A stretch of 64,000 nt of DNA from Clostridia bacterium (GCA_017429505.1 JAFROW010000008.1:161549-225548), one strand, 5' to 3'; shown: positions 20,652 through 32,562, counted from the first letter of the stretch. Made by a program: numbers and translations. Notes: a model not told the origin generated them from the letters alone.

Positions 20652-22295
20652 TTACCCTTCTATAATTCTTAAGATTTGATTTTCTAATTCTTTAACTTTT
20701 TCTTTAATTCTGAATATATCCTCGTCTCTAAGTTCTTTATTGTTCAAATCTTCTTTTACTGCTTCTTTCATATCTTGCATTTCTTCTTGTAATTTATTAA
20801 TTAATATCATTACTTCACTTCTTGGAGAAATAGGTCTTACTTTTATTTTGTCTACAATTGTTGGAACATCATCTAATTCATATACTTCTCCATATTCTGG
20901 AATTGAAACTGGAATTCCTATTTCTTCTTCTATTTTTTGTTTTAGAACTTCTTGAGAATCTTCTTCTCCATGTACTAAAAATATGTGTTTTGGTTTTTGA
21001 GTTCTAAATGAATATACAAAATTCATAAGCCATTCTTGGTCTGCATGTCCTGAATAACCTTCAATATATTCTATTTGAGCATTTACTGCTATTTCTTCTC
21101 CAAAAATTTTAACTCTTTTTGCCCCATTTACTATATTATAGCCTAATGTCCCTGGTGCTTGATATCCTACAAACAAAATTGTATTTTTTGAATCCCACAA
21201 ATTGTGTTTTAAATGATGTTTAATCCTTCCAACTTCACACATACCACTCGCAGAAATAATTATTGATGGCAATAAACTTTCATTTAATTCTTTTGACTCA
21301 TCTGCTGTCATAGTAAATTGAAGTCCTGGAAATTCTAGAGGATTGTCTCCTTGCGAAATTGCATGTTTTGTTTCGTCATCAAAAAGTTCCATATTATCTC
21401 TAAATACCTCTGTTGCAGAAATTGCAAGAGGACTATCTACATATACCGGTGATCTCATTAAAGTTCTATATCTTTTCTTGAATTCTTCATCATCTTTTGT
21501 TTCTTTTATTTTGTTTAATTCATACAAAATTTCTTGTGTTCTACCTACTGCAAATGACGGAATTACAACATTTCCACCTCTTTCTATTGTTTCTGAAACT
21601 GTTTTTAAGAATAATTCTGCTTTTTCGTCATTTCTCATATGCAGCCTACTTCCGTAAGTTGATTCCATAACTAAGAAATCTGCCGAATCAATCATAGTTG
21701 GAGAACTTAAAAGTGGAATGTCATTATTTCCAAGATCTCCTGTAAATACAGCCTTTGTCTCTTTTTCGCCTTCTTTAGCCCATATTTCTATTATACTGGA
21801 ACCTAACATATGCCCTGCATCATTTAATCTGATATGTATTTCAGGTGTTATTTCTACAATTTCATCATAAGCTAATGGTACAAAAAGTTCTAAAGAATGA
21901 GCTGCATCTTCTGCTGTATAAAGTGGTGGTAAAGGCTTTTCTCCTTTTCTTGCTCTTTTTTTATTTCTCCATTCTATTTCCATTTCTTGAATATGTCCAC
22001 TATCTGGTAACATTAAACTACATAGATCACATGTAGCCTTATGTGCAAATATTGGATGTCTATACCCTTCATTATATAATTTTGGAATCCTTCCAGAGTG
22101 ATCTATATGCGCATGTGTTAATAGCATAAAGTCTATTTCTTGTACATTAAATCCAAATGGAGCTTCATTTTCGTATTCTTCTTCAGCACTACCTTGATAC
22201 ATTCCACAATCAACTAAAAACTTTTTCCCTGCAGCTTCTACAAGAAAATTTGAACCTGTAACTGTTTTTGTAGCTCCTAAAAAAGTTATCTTCAT
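20652..22295 (-). CDS. MBL-fold beta-CASP family RNA-metabolising hydrolase (CPSF73/RNase J-like) with C-terminal coiled-coil
   Basis: MBL motif LLTHAHIDHSGRIP. The N-terminus MKITFLGATKTVTGSNFLVEAAGKKFLVDCGMYQG is typical of bacterial CPSF-like beta-CASP proteins. 547 aa. Confidence 0.75.
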   Translation of the reverse strand: MKITFLGATKTVTGSNFLVEAAGKKFLVDCGMYQGSAEEEYENEAPFGFNVQEIDFMLLTHAHIDHSGRIPKLYNEGYRHPIFAHKATCDLCSLMLPDSGHIQEMEIEWRNKKRARKGEKPLPPLYTAEDAAHSLELFVPLAYDEIVEITPEIHIRLNDAGHMLGSSIIEIWAKEGEKETKAVFTGDLGNNDIPLLSSPTMIDSADFLVMESTYGSRLHMRNDEKAELFLKTVSETIERGGNVVIPSFAVGRTQEILYELNKIKETKDDEEFKKRYRTLMRSPVYVDSPLAISATEVFRDNMELFDDETKHAISQGDNPLEFPGLQFTMTADESKELNESLLPSIIISASGMCEVGRIKHHLKHNLWDSKNTILFVGYQAPGTLGYNIVNGAKRVKIFGEEIAVNAQIEYIEGYSGHADQEWLMNFVYSFRTQKPKHIFLVHGEEDSQEVLKQKIEEEIGIPVSIPEYGEVYELDDVPTIVDKIKVRPISPRSEVMILINKLQEEMQDMKEAVKEDLNNKELRDEDIFRIKEKVKELENQILRIIEG

Positions 22296-22365
22296 TTCTT
22301 ATCAATCCTCTCTTTAGTTTTTAATTTTAGAAATAAATACTTATATATTCAATTATCTTAAAAGG

Positions 22366-23931
22366 TTAAAGATCAAAGACTTTCACCTTTTTATTAAACC
22401 TTATCTTAAGCTCACGCGACTCAATTTCAGTATCTATTTTAAATTTTTCATCTAAAACATTATCATCATAAAATTGCACAAAGATACTATCATCTTCTTT
22501 AATTAATTTAAATGCTGCATCTTCAAGTTTTATAATTTTTAAATTGAACATATATTTTAAAATATTTATATTTTTGGATTTGTCTTTAAATATATCTTTA
22601 AAATCCTTTAATTCATATGCTTTGAGGGTTGCAGCACTTTGAGTTGCTATAATCATTCTTTTTAGCTTAGATATATCGCAAATCTTTGTTTTTTCATCTA
22701 TTGGTATTAAATTAAAATATCTAATTTCATATATAATTTTAGTTATTTCATCTCTATTTGTTGCGTTTTTTATTTTAAATTTAATAGCCTGTAAAACTCT
22801 TTTTTGCAAAAACATTATGCTCTCAAATATTTCTTTTTCTATATCTTTAATCCCAACCAATTTTAAATATTGTGCTTCATATTCATATTCTTTTTTGTAT
22901 TTAGAAAAATTTTTAGAATTTATTTTATTATTACATTTTCTAAGTTCTAAAAGATATTTTTCTCTTTCATTTGCTAATATTTTTTTTAATACATTTTTAC
23001 TAAATATCTTTTCTTCTAATGGTAAGTCTTTATTTCTTTTTTCGTATTCTTTTGTTAATTTTTCTTTATTATTTAATGTTAAGTCTATCTTTTTGATATT
23101 TTTTTCTATTTTCTTTTTTAAATTTGATATTTCTTCCAAATATTTCACTTTATCTTGCATTGCTTCTAGTTCTTTTTCAACTTCTTTTTTCTTTTTAGTT
23201 AGTTCTTTTTTGTATGTTTTGTTTCTGTTCATCTCTAATAAAACTGATATTATTTTTAATAATTCTAAAATTTCATTTTGATATTTTTTTCCATATTTTT
23301 TTTCTAGTTCTTCATTAAATAATTCTAAGTAATCAACCATTTCATCATTTTTATTTACCCACTCATCTATAAGTTTGTTATTACCTAAAATTATTAAATC
23401 TTGGTAAATTAAATTATAATAAAAGTTTTCAATATCAGAAGCAGATACACTCCATGCAAATCCATTAAAGTCTCTTATAGGCTCTACTGCATTTATTACA
23501 TTTCCAAAATTTATCATATTGGTTAATGATAATTTTAGAAAATCAGGTTCTACTCTAATTATATCTTCAAATTTTTGAATTTTGTTTACGGCATATAATA
23601 GTTGTTTAGGATTTGGAAAACATACAATTTTCTTGTTTTCTTTATCGATAATATAATTTTCTTTTTGACCAAATTCTGGTCTTATTAATTCAATTTGGTC
23701 ACAGCTTGTTTTTACAGCATTTATAATATTTTGTATATATTCTTCTATTGAAATAACATTTTTCTTTACTATTTCATAATCTTTATATGCATTTTCTGTT
23801 TTGTATAAACTATCTTGAAGAAGATTTTTGACTTCTTCTGGAAAGCTTTTTTTTGCAAGTACTTCTTCTAAATCATTGTTGTAATCTTTTTTTACAAATT
23901 TATCTAGTAGTTTTTCTTTTTTTTTCGTCAA
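22366..23931 (-). CDS. Lys/Glu-rich coiled-coil hypothetical protein
   Basis: 521-aa ORF with a K/E-rich central region (KKELTKKKKEVEKELEAMQDKVKYLEEISNLKKKIEKNIKK) and no catalytic motifs. Confidence 0.6.
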   Translation of the reverse strand: MTKKKEKLLDKFVKKDYNNDLEEVLAKKSFPEEVKNLLQDSLYKTENAYKDYEIVKKNVISIEEYIQNIINAVKTSCDQIELIRPEFGQKENYIIDKENKKIVCFPNPKQLLYAVNKIQKFEDIIRVEPDFLKLSLTNMINFGNVINAVEPIRDFNGFAWSVSASDIENFYYNLIYQDLIILGNNKLIDEWVNKNDEMVDYLELFNEELEKKYGKKYQNEILELLKIISVLLEMNRNKTYKKELTKKKKEVEKELEAMQDKVKYLEEISNLKKKIEKNIKKIDLTLNNKEKLTKEYEKRNKDLPLEEKIFSKNVLKKILANEREKYLLELRKCNNKINSKNFSKYKKEYEYEAQYLKLVGIKDIEKEIFESIMFLQKRVLQAIKFKIKNATNRDEITKIIYEIRYFNLIPIDEKTKICDISKLKRMIIATQSAATLKAYELKDFKDIFKDKSKNINILKYMFNLKIIKLEDAAFKLIKEDDSIFVQFYDDNVLDEKFKIDTEIESRELKIRFNKKVKVFDL

Positions 23932-24094
23932 AGTTCTTCTCCTTCCTTAATTTTGAAATAATTGCCTTTTTACTGCGTTGGAATTCATTAAAAACGCAGT
24001 CACATACACAAAGTATGCTCCTTTGCCTTTTTAACAAATTCCGCCTTGTCAAAAAACAATTCTTTCAAAATTTTATTAATCGTAAATTATCTTT

Positions 24095-26632
24095 TTATTC
24101 TTCTTGTGTTGATTTAACTGCTCCTCCTGCCATATTTAATTCTGCCAGTTTTTCTAGTGTCCACAAAACTTCACGAGGTTTGCTTCCTTGATAACCAGAA
24201 ATAACTCCTCTTTCTTCCATTTGGTCTATTATTCTACCTGCTCTTGCATATCCTACTTTAAATCTTCTTTGTATAAATGATGTTGAAGCTTGTCCTGTTT
24301 CTACAACTGTGTTTATTGCTTCTTGTAGGAATGGATCAGCCTCATCATCTGCAGATTGTTCTGCTTCCAAAGCTTTTTCTTTATCTGTTTTATTGCTGTT
24401 TTCTATACTTTCTAGTATATCTTCACTATATGTAGCTGTTCCATTTGATTTGATAAATTCTACAATTGATTCTACTTCTTCATCAGATACAAAAGCCCCT
24501 TGAACTCTTACAGGTTTTGCTTCTCCTGCTGGGAAGAAAAGCATGTCTCCTTTTCCTAAAAGTTTTTCTGCTCCAACTTGGTCTAAAATTGTTCTTGAGT
24601 CAACTTGTGAAGATACTGCAAATGCTATTCTTGAAGGTACGTTTGCCTTAATAAGTCCTGTAATAACATCTACAGAAGGTCTTTGTGTTGCAATAACTAA
24701 GTGCATTCCTGCAGCTCTAGCTTTTTGTGCAAGACGACAAATTGATTCTTCTACCTCTTTTGCTGCAACCATCATTAAATCGGCAAGCTCGTCTATAATA
24801 ATAACTATTTGAGGAAGTTTTCCCATTTCTCCTTCTTTTTCTACTGCATGGTTATATCCTTTTAAGTCTCTTACACCTTTTTCTGCAAATAAATTATATC
24901 TATTATCCATTTCTTGAACAGCCCATGCCAAAGCTCCTGCAGCTTTTTTAGGATCTGTAACCACTGGAATAAGTAAATGAGGTATTCCATTATATACAGA
25001 AAGCTCAACTACTTTAGGGTCAACCATTACAAGTTTTACTTCACTTGGCTTTGCATTATATATAATACTTGTAATAATTGTGTTTATACATACAGATTTT
25101 CCTGAACCTGTAGATCCAGCAATAAGCACGTGAGGCATTTTTGCAATGTTTCCAATTGCAACATTTCCTGCTACGTCTTTTCCAAGTGCTATACTTAGTT
25201 TTGAATTATTATGTTGAAATTCATCACTTTCAATTACATCTCTTAAAGGTACCATTTCTTTTTCTTTATTTGGAACTTCTATTCCTACTGCTTGTTTACC
25301 AGGAATCGGTGCCTCAATTCTTATTGTTTCTGCAGCTAAATTTAGTGCAATATCATCTGCTAAATTTGCAATTTTGCTAACTCTTACACCTTCTGCAGGT
25401 TTAAGCTCATATCTTGTAATTGCAGGTCCTACAGAGACATTTTCCACTCTTGCTTGAACTCCAAAACTATGTAAAGTTCTTTGTAATTTTGCAGCTGTTT
25501 CTTGGAGAGCTTTTGTTCCACCTTTTATAGCTTTCTTTTCTGATTTTGAAAGTAAATTTATTGATGGAAAAACATAGTTATCTTCTTCTACAACAAGAGT
25601 ATGTTGCAACTGCAACACTTGTTTTGTCTTATCTTCTTTTTGTTCTTCTTGCCTAACAAATAGACTATCATCTTGCATGTCATCCACTTCAGCGTTTTGT
25701 GCTACATTTTTATTTTTAGTTACCGCTTTATTTGTAGATCCACTTGCCACTTTATTTGTCGCACCAATCGGGTCAATTGAATTTGCCATTTCTGCTACAC
25801 TTAAATGTGATTCTTCTTGTTTTTTCTTAGATTTATTTTTCAACCTTCCAAATAACCCACTTTGTTCTTCAGTTTCTTCTACAGCTCTACCATTTAAATT
25901 TATTTTTATTTGTTCCATATTTTGAGAAGAATGTCCAGTATCTATCTGATTTACATTCATTGCTTCTCTTTGCTTTCTAGCTTCTTTTCTATGCTCCATC
26001 ATTTCTATTCTTCTAGCTTCAATTTCTTCATATCTTTCTTGTTTTCTAGCTTCTCTTTCAGCTTTATTTTCTTCATGTCTTTCTAGCCAATTCTCTACAA
26101 TTGAACTAATAAATTGTGAAATATCTAGTCCAAATACAAATGCAAATAGCATTACAGCTGCACCAACACTTACAACAACTGCACCTAAATTCCCTAATAA
26201 TCTAACAAGTGGCACAGCAGCAAGAGTTCCTATAGCACCACCACCTACATTACTAGTTCCTAATGTATAAGCCTTTTTTAGTATTCGCGATAAATCTCCT
26301 GAAACCTCTAAATTTCCTTGTGAAATTTGGTATATGCTCATAACTATAGCTATACAAATTAATAAAATAGCATATTGTATTAATTTATGAGTTATGTATT
26401 CTTCTTCTATTTCGTTACAAGCTATCTTTATAGCTATTGCAAATGTACCTATTGGAAGGATGTATTTTATCCAACCCATCATACCACCAAGCACATCACT
26501 TAGCTTTGAGCCTAACTCTCCAGAATTTGCATATATTAATATAGCTAACAATATACTTCCAATTATTGTTCCTATTACCTTTAAATCTATACTATTATCT
26601 TTTTTTCTCTTTTTATATTTTCTTTTTGCCAT
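24095..26632 (-). CDS. ftsK: DNA translocase FtsK/SpoIIIE
   Basis: N-terminal TM segments, a K/E/R-rich linker, Walker [14 protein letters not shown], and a C-terminal gamma (winged-helix) domain [45 protein letters not shown]. Confidence 0.95.
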   Translation of the reverse strand: MAKRKYKKRKKDNSIDLKVIGTIIGSILLAILIYANSGELGSKLSDVLGGMMGWIKYILPIGTFAIAIKIACNEIEEEYITHKLIQYAILLICIAIVMSIYQISQGNLEVSGDLSRILKKAYTLGTSNVGGGAIGTLAAVPLVRLLGNLGAVVVSVGAAVMLFAFVFGLDISQFISSIVENWLERHEENKAEREARKQERYEEIEARRIEMMEHRKEARKQREAMNVNQIDTGHSSQNMEQIKINLNGRAVEETEEQSGLFGRLKNKSKKKQEESHLSVAEMANSIDPIGATNKVASGSTNKAVTKNKNVAQNAEVDDMQDDSLFVRQEEQKEDKTKQVLQLQHTLVVEEDNYVFPSINLLSKSEKKAIKGGTKALQETAAKLQRTLHSFGVQARVENVSVGPAITRYELKPAEGVRVSKIANLADDIALNLAAETIRIEAPIPGKQAVGIEVPNKEKEMVPLRDVIESDEFQHNNSKLSIALGKDVAGNVAIGNIAKMPHVLIAGSTGSGKSVCINTIITSIIYNAKPSEVKLVMVDPKVVELSVYNGIPHLLIPVVTDPKKAAGALAWAVQEMDNRYNLFAEKGVRDLKGYNHAVEKEGEMGKLPQIVIIIDELADLMMVAAKEVEESICRLAQKARAAGMHLVIATQRPSVDVITGLIKANVPSRIAFAVSSQVDSRTILDQVGAEKLLGKGDMLFFPAGEAKPVRVQGAFVSDEEVESIVEFIKSNGTATYSEDILESIENSNKTDKEKALEAEQSADDEADPFLQEAINTVVETGQASTSFIQRRFKVGYARAGRIIDQMEERGVISGYQGSKPREVLWTLEKLAELNMAGGAVKSTQEE

Positions 26633-26851
26633 TTTTTATTACCTCTCTAAGACATACTTTTTTTTAAAAAGAGTAATTTAATCATTTTTTCCAATCTTAA
26701 AAAATTGTCTTTTACTCCAAAATTATTCTATCAAATTACGAAAAAAAATTCAATAAAAATTAAGAAAAAATTTTATTTTTTTGTGTTCAGATAGGGACTG
26801 GTTTTTATCAACACGTTTTGCCGAATTTTATATATTTTTATATCTACCTAT

Positions 26852-27148
26852 TCACCTACTTTTCTCCACAATTTCAACAATATCTGAAATATATTCTCCA
26901 ATAACCGGAATATTTAAAGTAACCAAATGTCTTAAAAAAAGCACAAGAATTGCAGTAATAATTGTAATTCCAATACCTATTCCTACACCTCGAAATATTC
27001 CTGCTAAAAAATTTCTAATTATTATTTGCTTCTTACTTCCCATAATATTTGTAAAATCTTCTAAATTGCTTTTTTCCAGCTTTTCAATTATTTGGTCAAT
27101 TTTTGATTCTATTTTTTTATTATTCTTAAAAAACATAAAAAGCACCAC
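26852..27148 (-). CDS. Small membrane protein (possible DUF5665-like)
   Basis: 98-aa ORF with GIFRGVGIGIGITIITAILVLFL. Chosen over the overlapping + strand ORF 26781..27161, which is low-complexity. Confidence 0.5.
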   Translation of the reverse strand: MVLFMFFKNNKKIESKIDQIIEKLEKSNLEDFTNIMGSKKQIIIRNFLAGIFRGVGIGIGITIITAILVLFLRHLVTLNIPVIGEYISDIVEIVEKSR

Positions 27149-27333
27149 ATTTCACTATTAGCTACATTTGATATTGAGGTTAATTTTTTTCTCTTTCCCA
27201 AAAAGGGATTTAGTTTTGCCCCTTTTCAAAAAGAGAACCTGGTTTTACTCGTCCCCAAATGCGCTTTAATAGTATTATGTTGTGCTTTTTGTTTGTTTTT
27301 ATTCAATTATATTTTTCTGTCCCTAATTTATCT

Positions 27334-30033
27334 TTAATGTTCCTTTTTTTCTCCGTCCCCAAAAGTCTCTTTCTGTTTTTCCATTTTATCAATTAGTTCT
27401 TGCAAAGTCTTTATATCTGAGCCAATTAGTTCCCAGTTTTTTGAATTCATCGAATTTGTAAGATTTTTATTTGCTTTTATAATTGCTTCTATGGTTCCAT
27501 CTAAATCTTCTGTTGTATTTGTTTCTATACTTGTTGCTTCTTGAGATACTATGTTTTCTAAAGCTTCGCTTAAATTATTTCCAATTGCAACTTTATTTCC
27601 TGATGAAACTATAACCTTTTTTAGAAGTGGTATTCCTGCTTCTTTCTCATTTGTTTTTGTTTGATAAATTTGTTCAATATATAGTAGAGTATTCTCAACT
27701 GGTACAACCATTATGCTTTTTGAAATTTTGGCACCTGTAACATTTAATTTTTCTATTTGATTTTTCATGTTTTCATCTTGAGAAATTTGGCTATCAAGTT
27801 GTGTTAATCCCAAAATACTTTCATTTGAAGATAGTCTATATATTTTTAGCTTATTTACTCCATTTTCATTTGTTCCAACTAAGTATGCAGTTAAATTTTG
27901 TTTATTATTTGGTGAATACATTTGTATTAACCCAATATTATTATCTTTAACCATTGTGTAATATGAGTCAAGTGTGTTTGTAATTGTTTTGTTGTTTTGA
28001 GTTGCTACATAAGAAGCCTTTTTCCAGCTGTCATCTCCTCTATACAATACTTCAGATTTTATATTATGATATTCTTCTATCATTGAAGATTGTACATCAT
28101 ACAAGAATTTTGGATATACAAAATATTTCGAAATATCTTCTGGTATTTTTGCATTTAATTCTTCAAATACATTTGGATAAATTTTTCTGTATGCCATTGC
28201 TATTGGATCTGTTTCGTCTATAATATAAAACTTCATTGTTCCATCATAACAATTTATAATTACCTTTATTGAATTTCTAATATAATTTATTGAATTTCTT
28301 TCGCCATTATATCTTACATTTGTGTATGTTGAATATGGATAATTACTTGAAACTGTATATCCATCTAGCACCCAATACATTTCTCCTGCTTCATTTACAG
28401 CAATATAAGGATTTTCATCAAATAAAACATCACTTAAAACCATTTTAGCTCTTTTTAAAATATTTCTATTTACTAATATTTTTGTATTTTTATCTATTTT
28501 GTTTGAAAATGCTAAATTTGGATTTTGAGATTTTATTCCTAAAATAAATCTGTCTAAAAATCCTAATTTAAGTCCTGAATTTCCTTCATAAGTGCTTGTA
28601 TGCTCTATTCCTTTACTATCTGTATAATCATATTCTTCTATATTTGTTTCTCCAACAGCAATTGCATTATCTGTTTTTAAGCCATAATATATTTGTGGTT
28701 TTGCTATAAAATCAGGATCAGAAATGCTATTTTTTACATATTCAATATCACCTTCTTCTGTTGCAGATACTGCTGAAGTTAAGATTACTCCATATCCGTG
28801 TGTATACTCAAAAGTCTTGCTATTGTATGTTCTTCTACTACTTGCTATTTCTCTTGGTGAAACATAAACTAATTTTATTTTGTTATCTTGAACGTATTTT
28901 GAAATTCCTGCAGTTTGATATGTGTAATATTTTTTTTCAGATTGCTCGTTATTTAGTTTATCTAAAGCTTGTTGTTTATTAATTATAACAGCATTATTTA
29001 ATAACTCTTTGTTATTTTTTATTTCACTTGTTGTAATTGTACCACTATATTCTATAGTTTCATCTTCTAGATTAATACCATAAGCTTCTTTTGTATATGA
29101 AATATTCCTTTCAATATATTGTTTTTCTTTGTCATACTTATTTGAATTTACAAATATAACATTAAATCCAAGCATTACTATAAACATACAAACCATATAT
29201 GCAGGAATGGCTAGTAAATTTTTTATTGTTCCAGATTTATTTTCTTTTTTAATATTTGCTGTAGCTAAAAAGATTGATACAACAATTACTATTGCCAAAA
29301 TTATATTTCCCCATAATTTTATAGTTACATCTGTAAGCCCTGCACCTGTAAGTTGCAATTTTGAATTTGTTGTTATAAATCCACTAAACACTATATCTAG
29401 TGTTCCAACTAATGTATATATAGCATACAAAATACTTAAAATTCTTACATTTTTTATAATATGTTTAATTAAAGAACTCTTTTTTAAAGTCTCTTTATCT
29501 ACCCCATCAAAAAATTTATTAAACACAAATATATGATATACAATTGCATATAGTATTAAAAATATAAAAATACCCATTAAATATGATATAGACATCTTTA
29601 TAAGTGGTTCAATAAACATATAAAACGAAATGTCTAAATTAAAAATTAAATCTGTTTTTTCAAAAGATACATTACTTGCACAAAGTATCAATTTAGGAGT
29701 AAATAGTATTCCTACAACAATACTTGAAATTGTAGCAATTACAAGAGAAACTGATTTATTCATAAGCTTTGGCATTTCCTTTTTTTCTTCATCAAAAAAA
29801 ACCTTCAAACTTTTTTTTATTCCTCTATTTGCAAAAAACATAATTATAAATGTAATTATAAAATTTATTCCCATAATTATGTATTTATAAACTGTGTTTA
29901 TTTTGAAATTCTCTAGATATTTTTCTCCTAATTCTTTATATTCCAAATATTCTCCTTTAGTTGATACATACATTGTTATTGAAAGTATTAGTACAAATAA
30001 AATTACTAGAATTTTTCTAATATTCTTTTTCAT
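27334..30033 (-). CDS. UPF0182 family membrane protein
   Basis: 899 aa with about 7 N-terminal TM helices and a large C-terminal domain. The N-terminus EYLEYKELGEKYLENF resembles the UPF0182 (WF)KELGY signature. Confidence 0.75.
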   Translation of the reverse strand: MKKNIRKILVILFVLILSITMYVSTKGEYLEYKELGEKYLENFKINTVYKYIIMGINFIITFIIMFFANRGIKKSLKVFFDEEKKEMPKLMNKSVSLVIATISSIVVGILFTPKLILCASNVSFEKTDLIFNLDISFYMFIEPLIKMSISYLMGIFIFLILYAIVYHIFVFNKFFDGVDKETLKKSSLIKHIIKNVRILSILYAIYTLVGTLDIVFSGFITTNSKLQLTGAGLTDVTIKLWGNIILAIVIVVSIFLATANIKKENKSGTIKNLLAIPAYMVCMFIVMLGFNVIFVNSNKYDKEKQYIERNISYTKEAYGINLEDETIEYSGTITTSEIKNNKELLNNAVIINKQQALDKLNNEQSEKKYYTYQTAGISKYVQDNKIKLVYVSPREIASSRRTYNSKTFEYTHGYGVILTSAVSATEEGDIEYVKNSISDPDFIAKPQIYYGLKTDNAIAVGETNIEEYDYTDSKGIEHTSTYEGNSGLKLGFLDRFILGIKSQNPNLAFSNKIDKNTKILVNRNILKRAKMVLSDVLFDENPYIAVNEAGEMYWVLDGYTVSSNYPYSTYTNVRYNGERNSINYIRNSIKVIINCYDGTMKFYIIDETDPIAMAYRKIYPNVFEELNAKIPEDISKYFVYPKFLYDVQSSMIEEYHNIKSEVLYRGDDSWKKASYVATQNNKTITNTLDSYYTMVKDNNIGLIQMYSPNNKQNLTAYLVGTNENGVNKLKIYRLSSNESILGLTQLDSQISQDENMKNQIEKLNVTGAKISKSIMVVPVENTLLYIEQIYQTKTNEKEAGIPLLKKVIVSSGNKVAIGNNLSEALENIVSQEATSIETNTTEDLDGTIEAIIKANKNLTNSMNSKNWELIGSDIKTLQELIDKMEKQKETFGDGEKKEH

Positions 30034-30161
30034 ACATTGCCTCCTATATTTATAATACTTATTTTTTAGTTACTATTATGATATCATATTTAATGCTATT
30101 TATCAAGTTCTCAAAGCATATTAAAAAGTAGAAATAAGTATTTCTTATCTCTACTTTTTAA

Positions 30162-30776
30162 TTACTCCTCATATGCTTCTACCTTAAAGTTTTTTGCTTC
30201 CTCTGGTATTTCAAATTTAGATTCATCTATATTATTTGAAATACTCTCTACATAGCAGTTGCCAAAATATGAACTTTTTATAAATTCTAATTTACCTTTT
30301 CTAAAATAAAATGCATCATTATCAAATTCTGTCCTACCTATATTATAATATATTTCAACATAATATAATTTACCATCTAAAATATCATGTCCTCTTTTAT
30401 CTAAAACTCTTCTTTGTAAAAATGAAGTTAAAGACTCTTCAATGTTTATGTATTCATCTGCTTTTTTCTTACTTATAGTTTTATTTGTATAATCTATATA
30501 ATAGCTCTCTCCTTCATTTACTATAATTGTTGATTTAGAACTTGTACTAGTAAGATTTAGCACATAATTCAAACCATCTTTGATTGTTAAATCAATTATT
30601 CTACTACCATCATCTTGATTTCGTAATACTATGTTGAACCTAGATAAATCAGTATTATTAATGACTTCATCTAATTTAGAACTACTTTGTTCAAAATTAT
30701 ACATCCATACCGTATATGATATTAATAAAATTGTAATTAATAATATTATACTTTGTAAAATTCTAATCTTATTCAT
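30162..30776 (-). CDS. Hypothetical membrane-anchored protein
   Basis: 204-aa ORF with a single N-terminal TM (ILQSIILLITILLISYTVWMY). Confidence 0.6.
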   Translation of the reverse strand: MNKIRILQSIILLITILLISYTVWMYNFEQSSSKLDEVINNTDLSRFNIVLRNQDDGSRIIDLTIKDGLNYVLNLTSTSSKSTIIVNEGESYYIDYTNKTISKKKADEYINIEESLTSFLQRRVLDKRGHDILDGKLYYVEIYYNIGRTEFDNDAFYFRKGKLEFIKSSYFGNCYVESISNNIDESKFEIPEEAKNFKVEAYEE

Positions 30777-30788
30777 ACTAATTCCCCC

Positions 30789-30998
30789 TTACTCATCAAA
30801 ATAAAATATTTCTTCAAATTTTTTGTCTAGAATTATGCATAAAATCAATGCTAATTTTGCAGTTGGACAAAACTGCCCTTTTTCAATTGCAATAATTGTT
30901 TGTCTAGATACTCCTGCAAGTTTGGCTAAAGCATCTTGTGATAAGTCTTTTTCAACTCTAGCTAATTTTAATTTATTTTTTAATTCTAATTTTTTCAT
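30789..30998 (-). CDS. XRE-family (Cro/C1-type) helix-turn-helix transcriptional regulator
   Basis: LSQDALAKLAGVSRQTIIAIEKGQFCPTAKLALIL is a classic HTH_3 motif. 69 aa. Confidence 0.85.
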   Translation of the reverse strand: MKKLELKNKLKLARVEKDLSQDALAKLAGVSRQTIIAIEKGQFCPTAKLALILCIILDKKFEEIFYFDE

Positions 30999-31013
30999 AA
31001 TAGCCTCCTATTT

Positions 31014-31358
31014 TTATGCATATGATATAGGATTTATTCCTGTACTATACTCCATAAAAGCTAAAATCATAAATATTGTATATACAATGCATAAAATTAA
31101 ATCTAATTTCTTTTTCGTCATTTTAAATTGATATAATTTTGAAAAAGCAAATTGTATAAATATTAATGAAACTAAATCGCTTATTTTTGTATCTGTTCTG
31201 TCTTTTATTGAAGAAATTATATTTATTATTATAAATACAATGCATAATAATTGTGTTAGAATTGTTGTATAAACAAAAGATTTTGCATATACATGCTCAT
31301 CTCTTTCATCTATTTGATTTGTGTCTTCTATTCTTGAAATTAATTCATCTTTATTCAT
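31014..31358 (-). CDS. Small multi-TM membrane protein paired with the XRE regulator
   Basis: 114-aa ORF with three hydrophobic helices. It is immediately upstream of, and co-oriented with, the HTH gene. Confidence 0.6.
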   Translation of the reverse strand: MNKDELISRIEDTNQIDERDEHVYAKSFVYTTILTQLLCIVFIIINIISSIKDRTDTKISDLVSLIFIQFAFSKLYQFKMTKKKLDLILCIVYTIFMILAFMEYSTGINPISYA

Positions 31359-31481
31359 GTTTATTCCCCCTTCATAATTATATTATACACTTTTCTTTAC
31401 ATTTTGTCAAGTTCTGTTTACAAAAAGTCAAAAAAAATAGACAATCTTCTTAATCTTCTTAAAGATTGTCTTTTACCTTTT

Positions 31482-32387
31482 TTAAATTATAGCCTTCACA
31501 AATTCTTCACTATTAAATATTTCCATATCTTCCATTTGTTCTCCTACTCCAATAAATTTAACAGGAATTTCATTTTCTTCTACTATTCCTAAAACAACTC
31601 CACCTTTTGCAGTTCCATCCATTTTTGTAAGAACTAAACCTGTTACATCTGTTTCTTCTTTAAATGCTTTTACTTGTGAAATTGCATTTTGCCCTGTTGT
31701 TCCATCTATTACAAGAAGAGTTTCTTGTGAACAACCTTCCATTTCTTTGTCTATAACTTTTTTTATTTTTCTAAGCTCGTCCATTAAATATTGCTTGTTA
31801 TGTAATCTTCCTGCTGTATCTACAATCAAAACATCTGCATCAATTTCTTTTGTCTTTTTTATTGCATCAAATACAACTGATGCAGGATCTCTTCCCTCAT
31901 CTCTTTTTACAATTTCTGCACCTGAACGTTTTGACCAAATTTCAAGTTGCTCTACTGCAGCTGCTCTAAATGTGTCTGCAGCTGCAACAACTACTTTTTT
32001 TCCTTCTCTTCTAAGCCTATTTGCAATTTTTCCTATTGAAGTTGTTTTTCCAACTCCATTTACTCCTACAACTAAAATTACAGATGGCTTTGTTTCTAAG
32101 TGCAAACTATTGTCAACTTCATCTAAAACATTTTGCATTTCTTTTCTTAAAGCATTTTTTACATCTTCTTCATCTTTTAAATTTTCTTTTTTTATTGTAC
32201 TTCTAAGTTTATCTACAATTTTTACAGATGTGTCCATTCCTATATCTGACATTATTAATATTTCTTCTAGCTCTTCTAAAAAATCTTCATCAACTTTTCT
32301 AAAAGTGCTAAATACATTATTTATTTTTTTATCAAATGATGTTTTTGTTTTTCCTAATCCTTGTTTTAATTTCTCAAAAAATCCCAT
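31482..32387 (-). CDS. ftsY: Signal recognition particle receptor FtsY
   Basis: SRP54-type GTPase motifs VVGVNGVGKTTSIGKIA, DTAGR and TKMDGTAKGG. Short N-terminal domain form (301 aa). Confidence 0.95.
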   Translation of the reverse strand: MGFFEKLKQGLGKTKTSFDKKINNVFSTFRKVDEDFLEELEEILIMSDIGMDTSVKIVDKLRSTIKKENLKDEEDVKNALRKEMQNVLDEVDNSLHLETKPSVILVVGVNGVGKTTSIGKIANRLRREGKKVVVAAADTFRAAAVEQLEIWSKRSGAEIVKRDEGRDPASVVFDAIKKTKEIDADVLIVDTAGRLHNKQYLMDELRKIKKVIDKEMEGCSQETLLVIDGTTGQNAISQVKAFKEETDVTGLVLTKMDGTAKGGVVLGIVEENEIPVKFIGVGEQMEDMEIFNSEEFVKAII

Positions 32388-32562
32388 TTTCTCAAATCCT
32401 TTCTTTTATTGCATATTAATTTTCGTTTTCAAAAAATCTTTAATTTGATATGTATAATTATATAAAAAAAATGTTAAAATATCAAGTGTTTTTGATTTAT
32501 ATTTTATGTATGCAATTTTTTTAAAAAACAAGTACTCGGTTAGTAAGTACTTGTTTAATAAA

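Noticed and set aside
26781-27161. + strand 126-aa ORF overlapping the - strand 98-aa small membrane protein
   Set aside because: The minus-strand ORF has a more protein-like composition with a GIGIGIT membrane motif. The plus-strand ORF is repetitive and its 5' end lies in the C-tract spacer. Only one can be real, and the minus-strand one was chosen.
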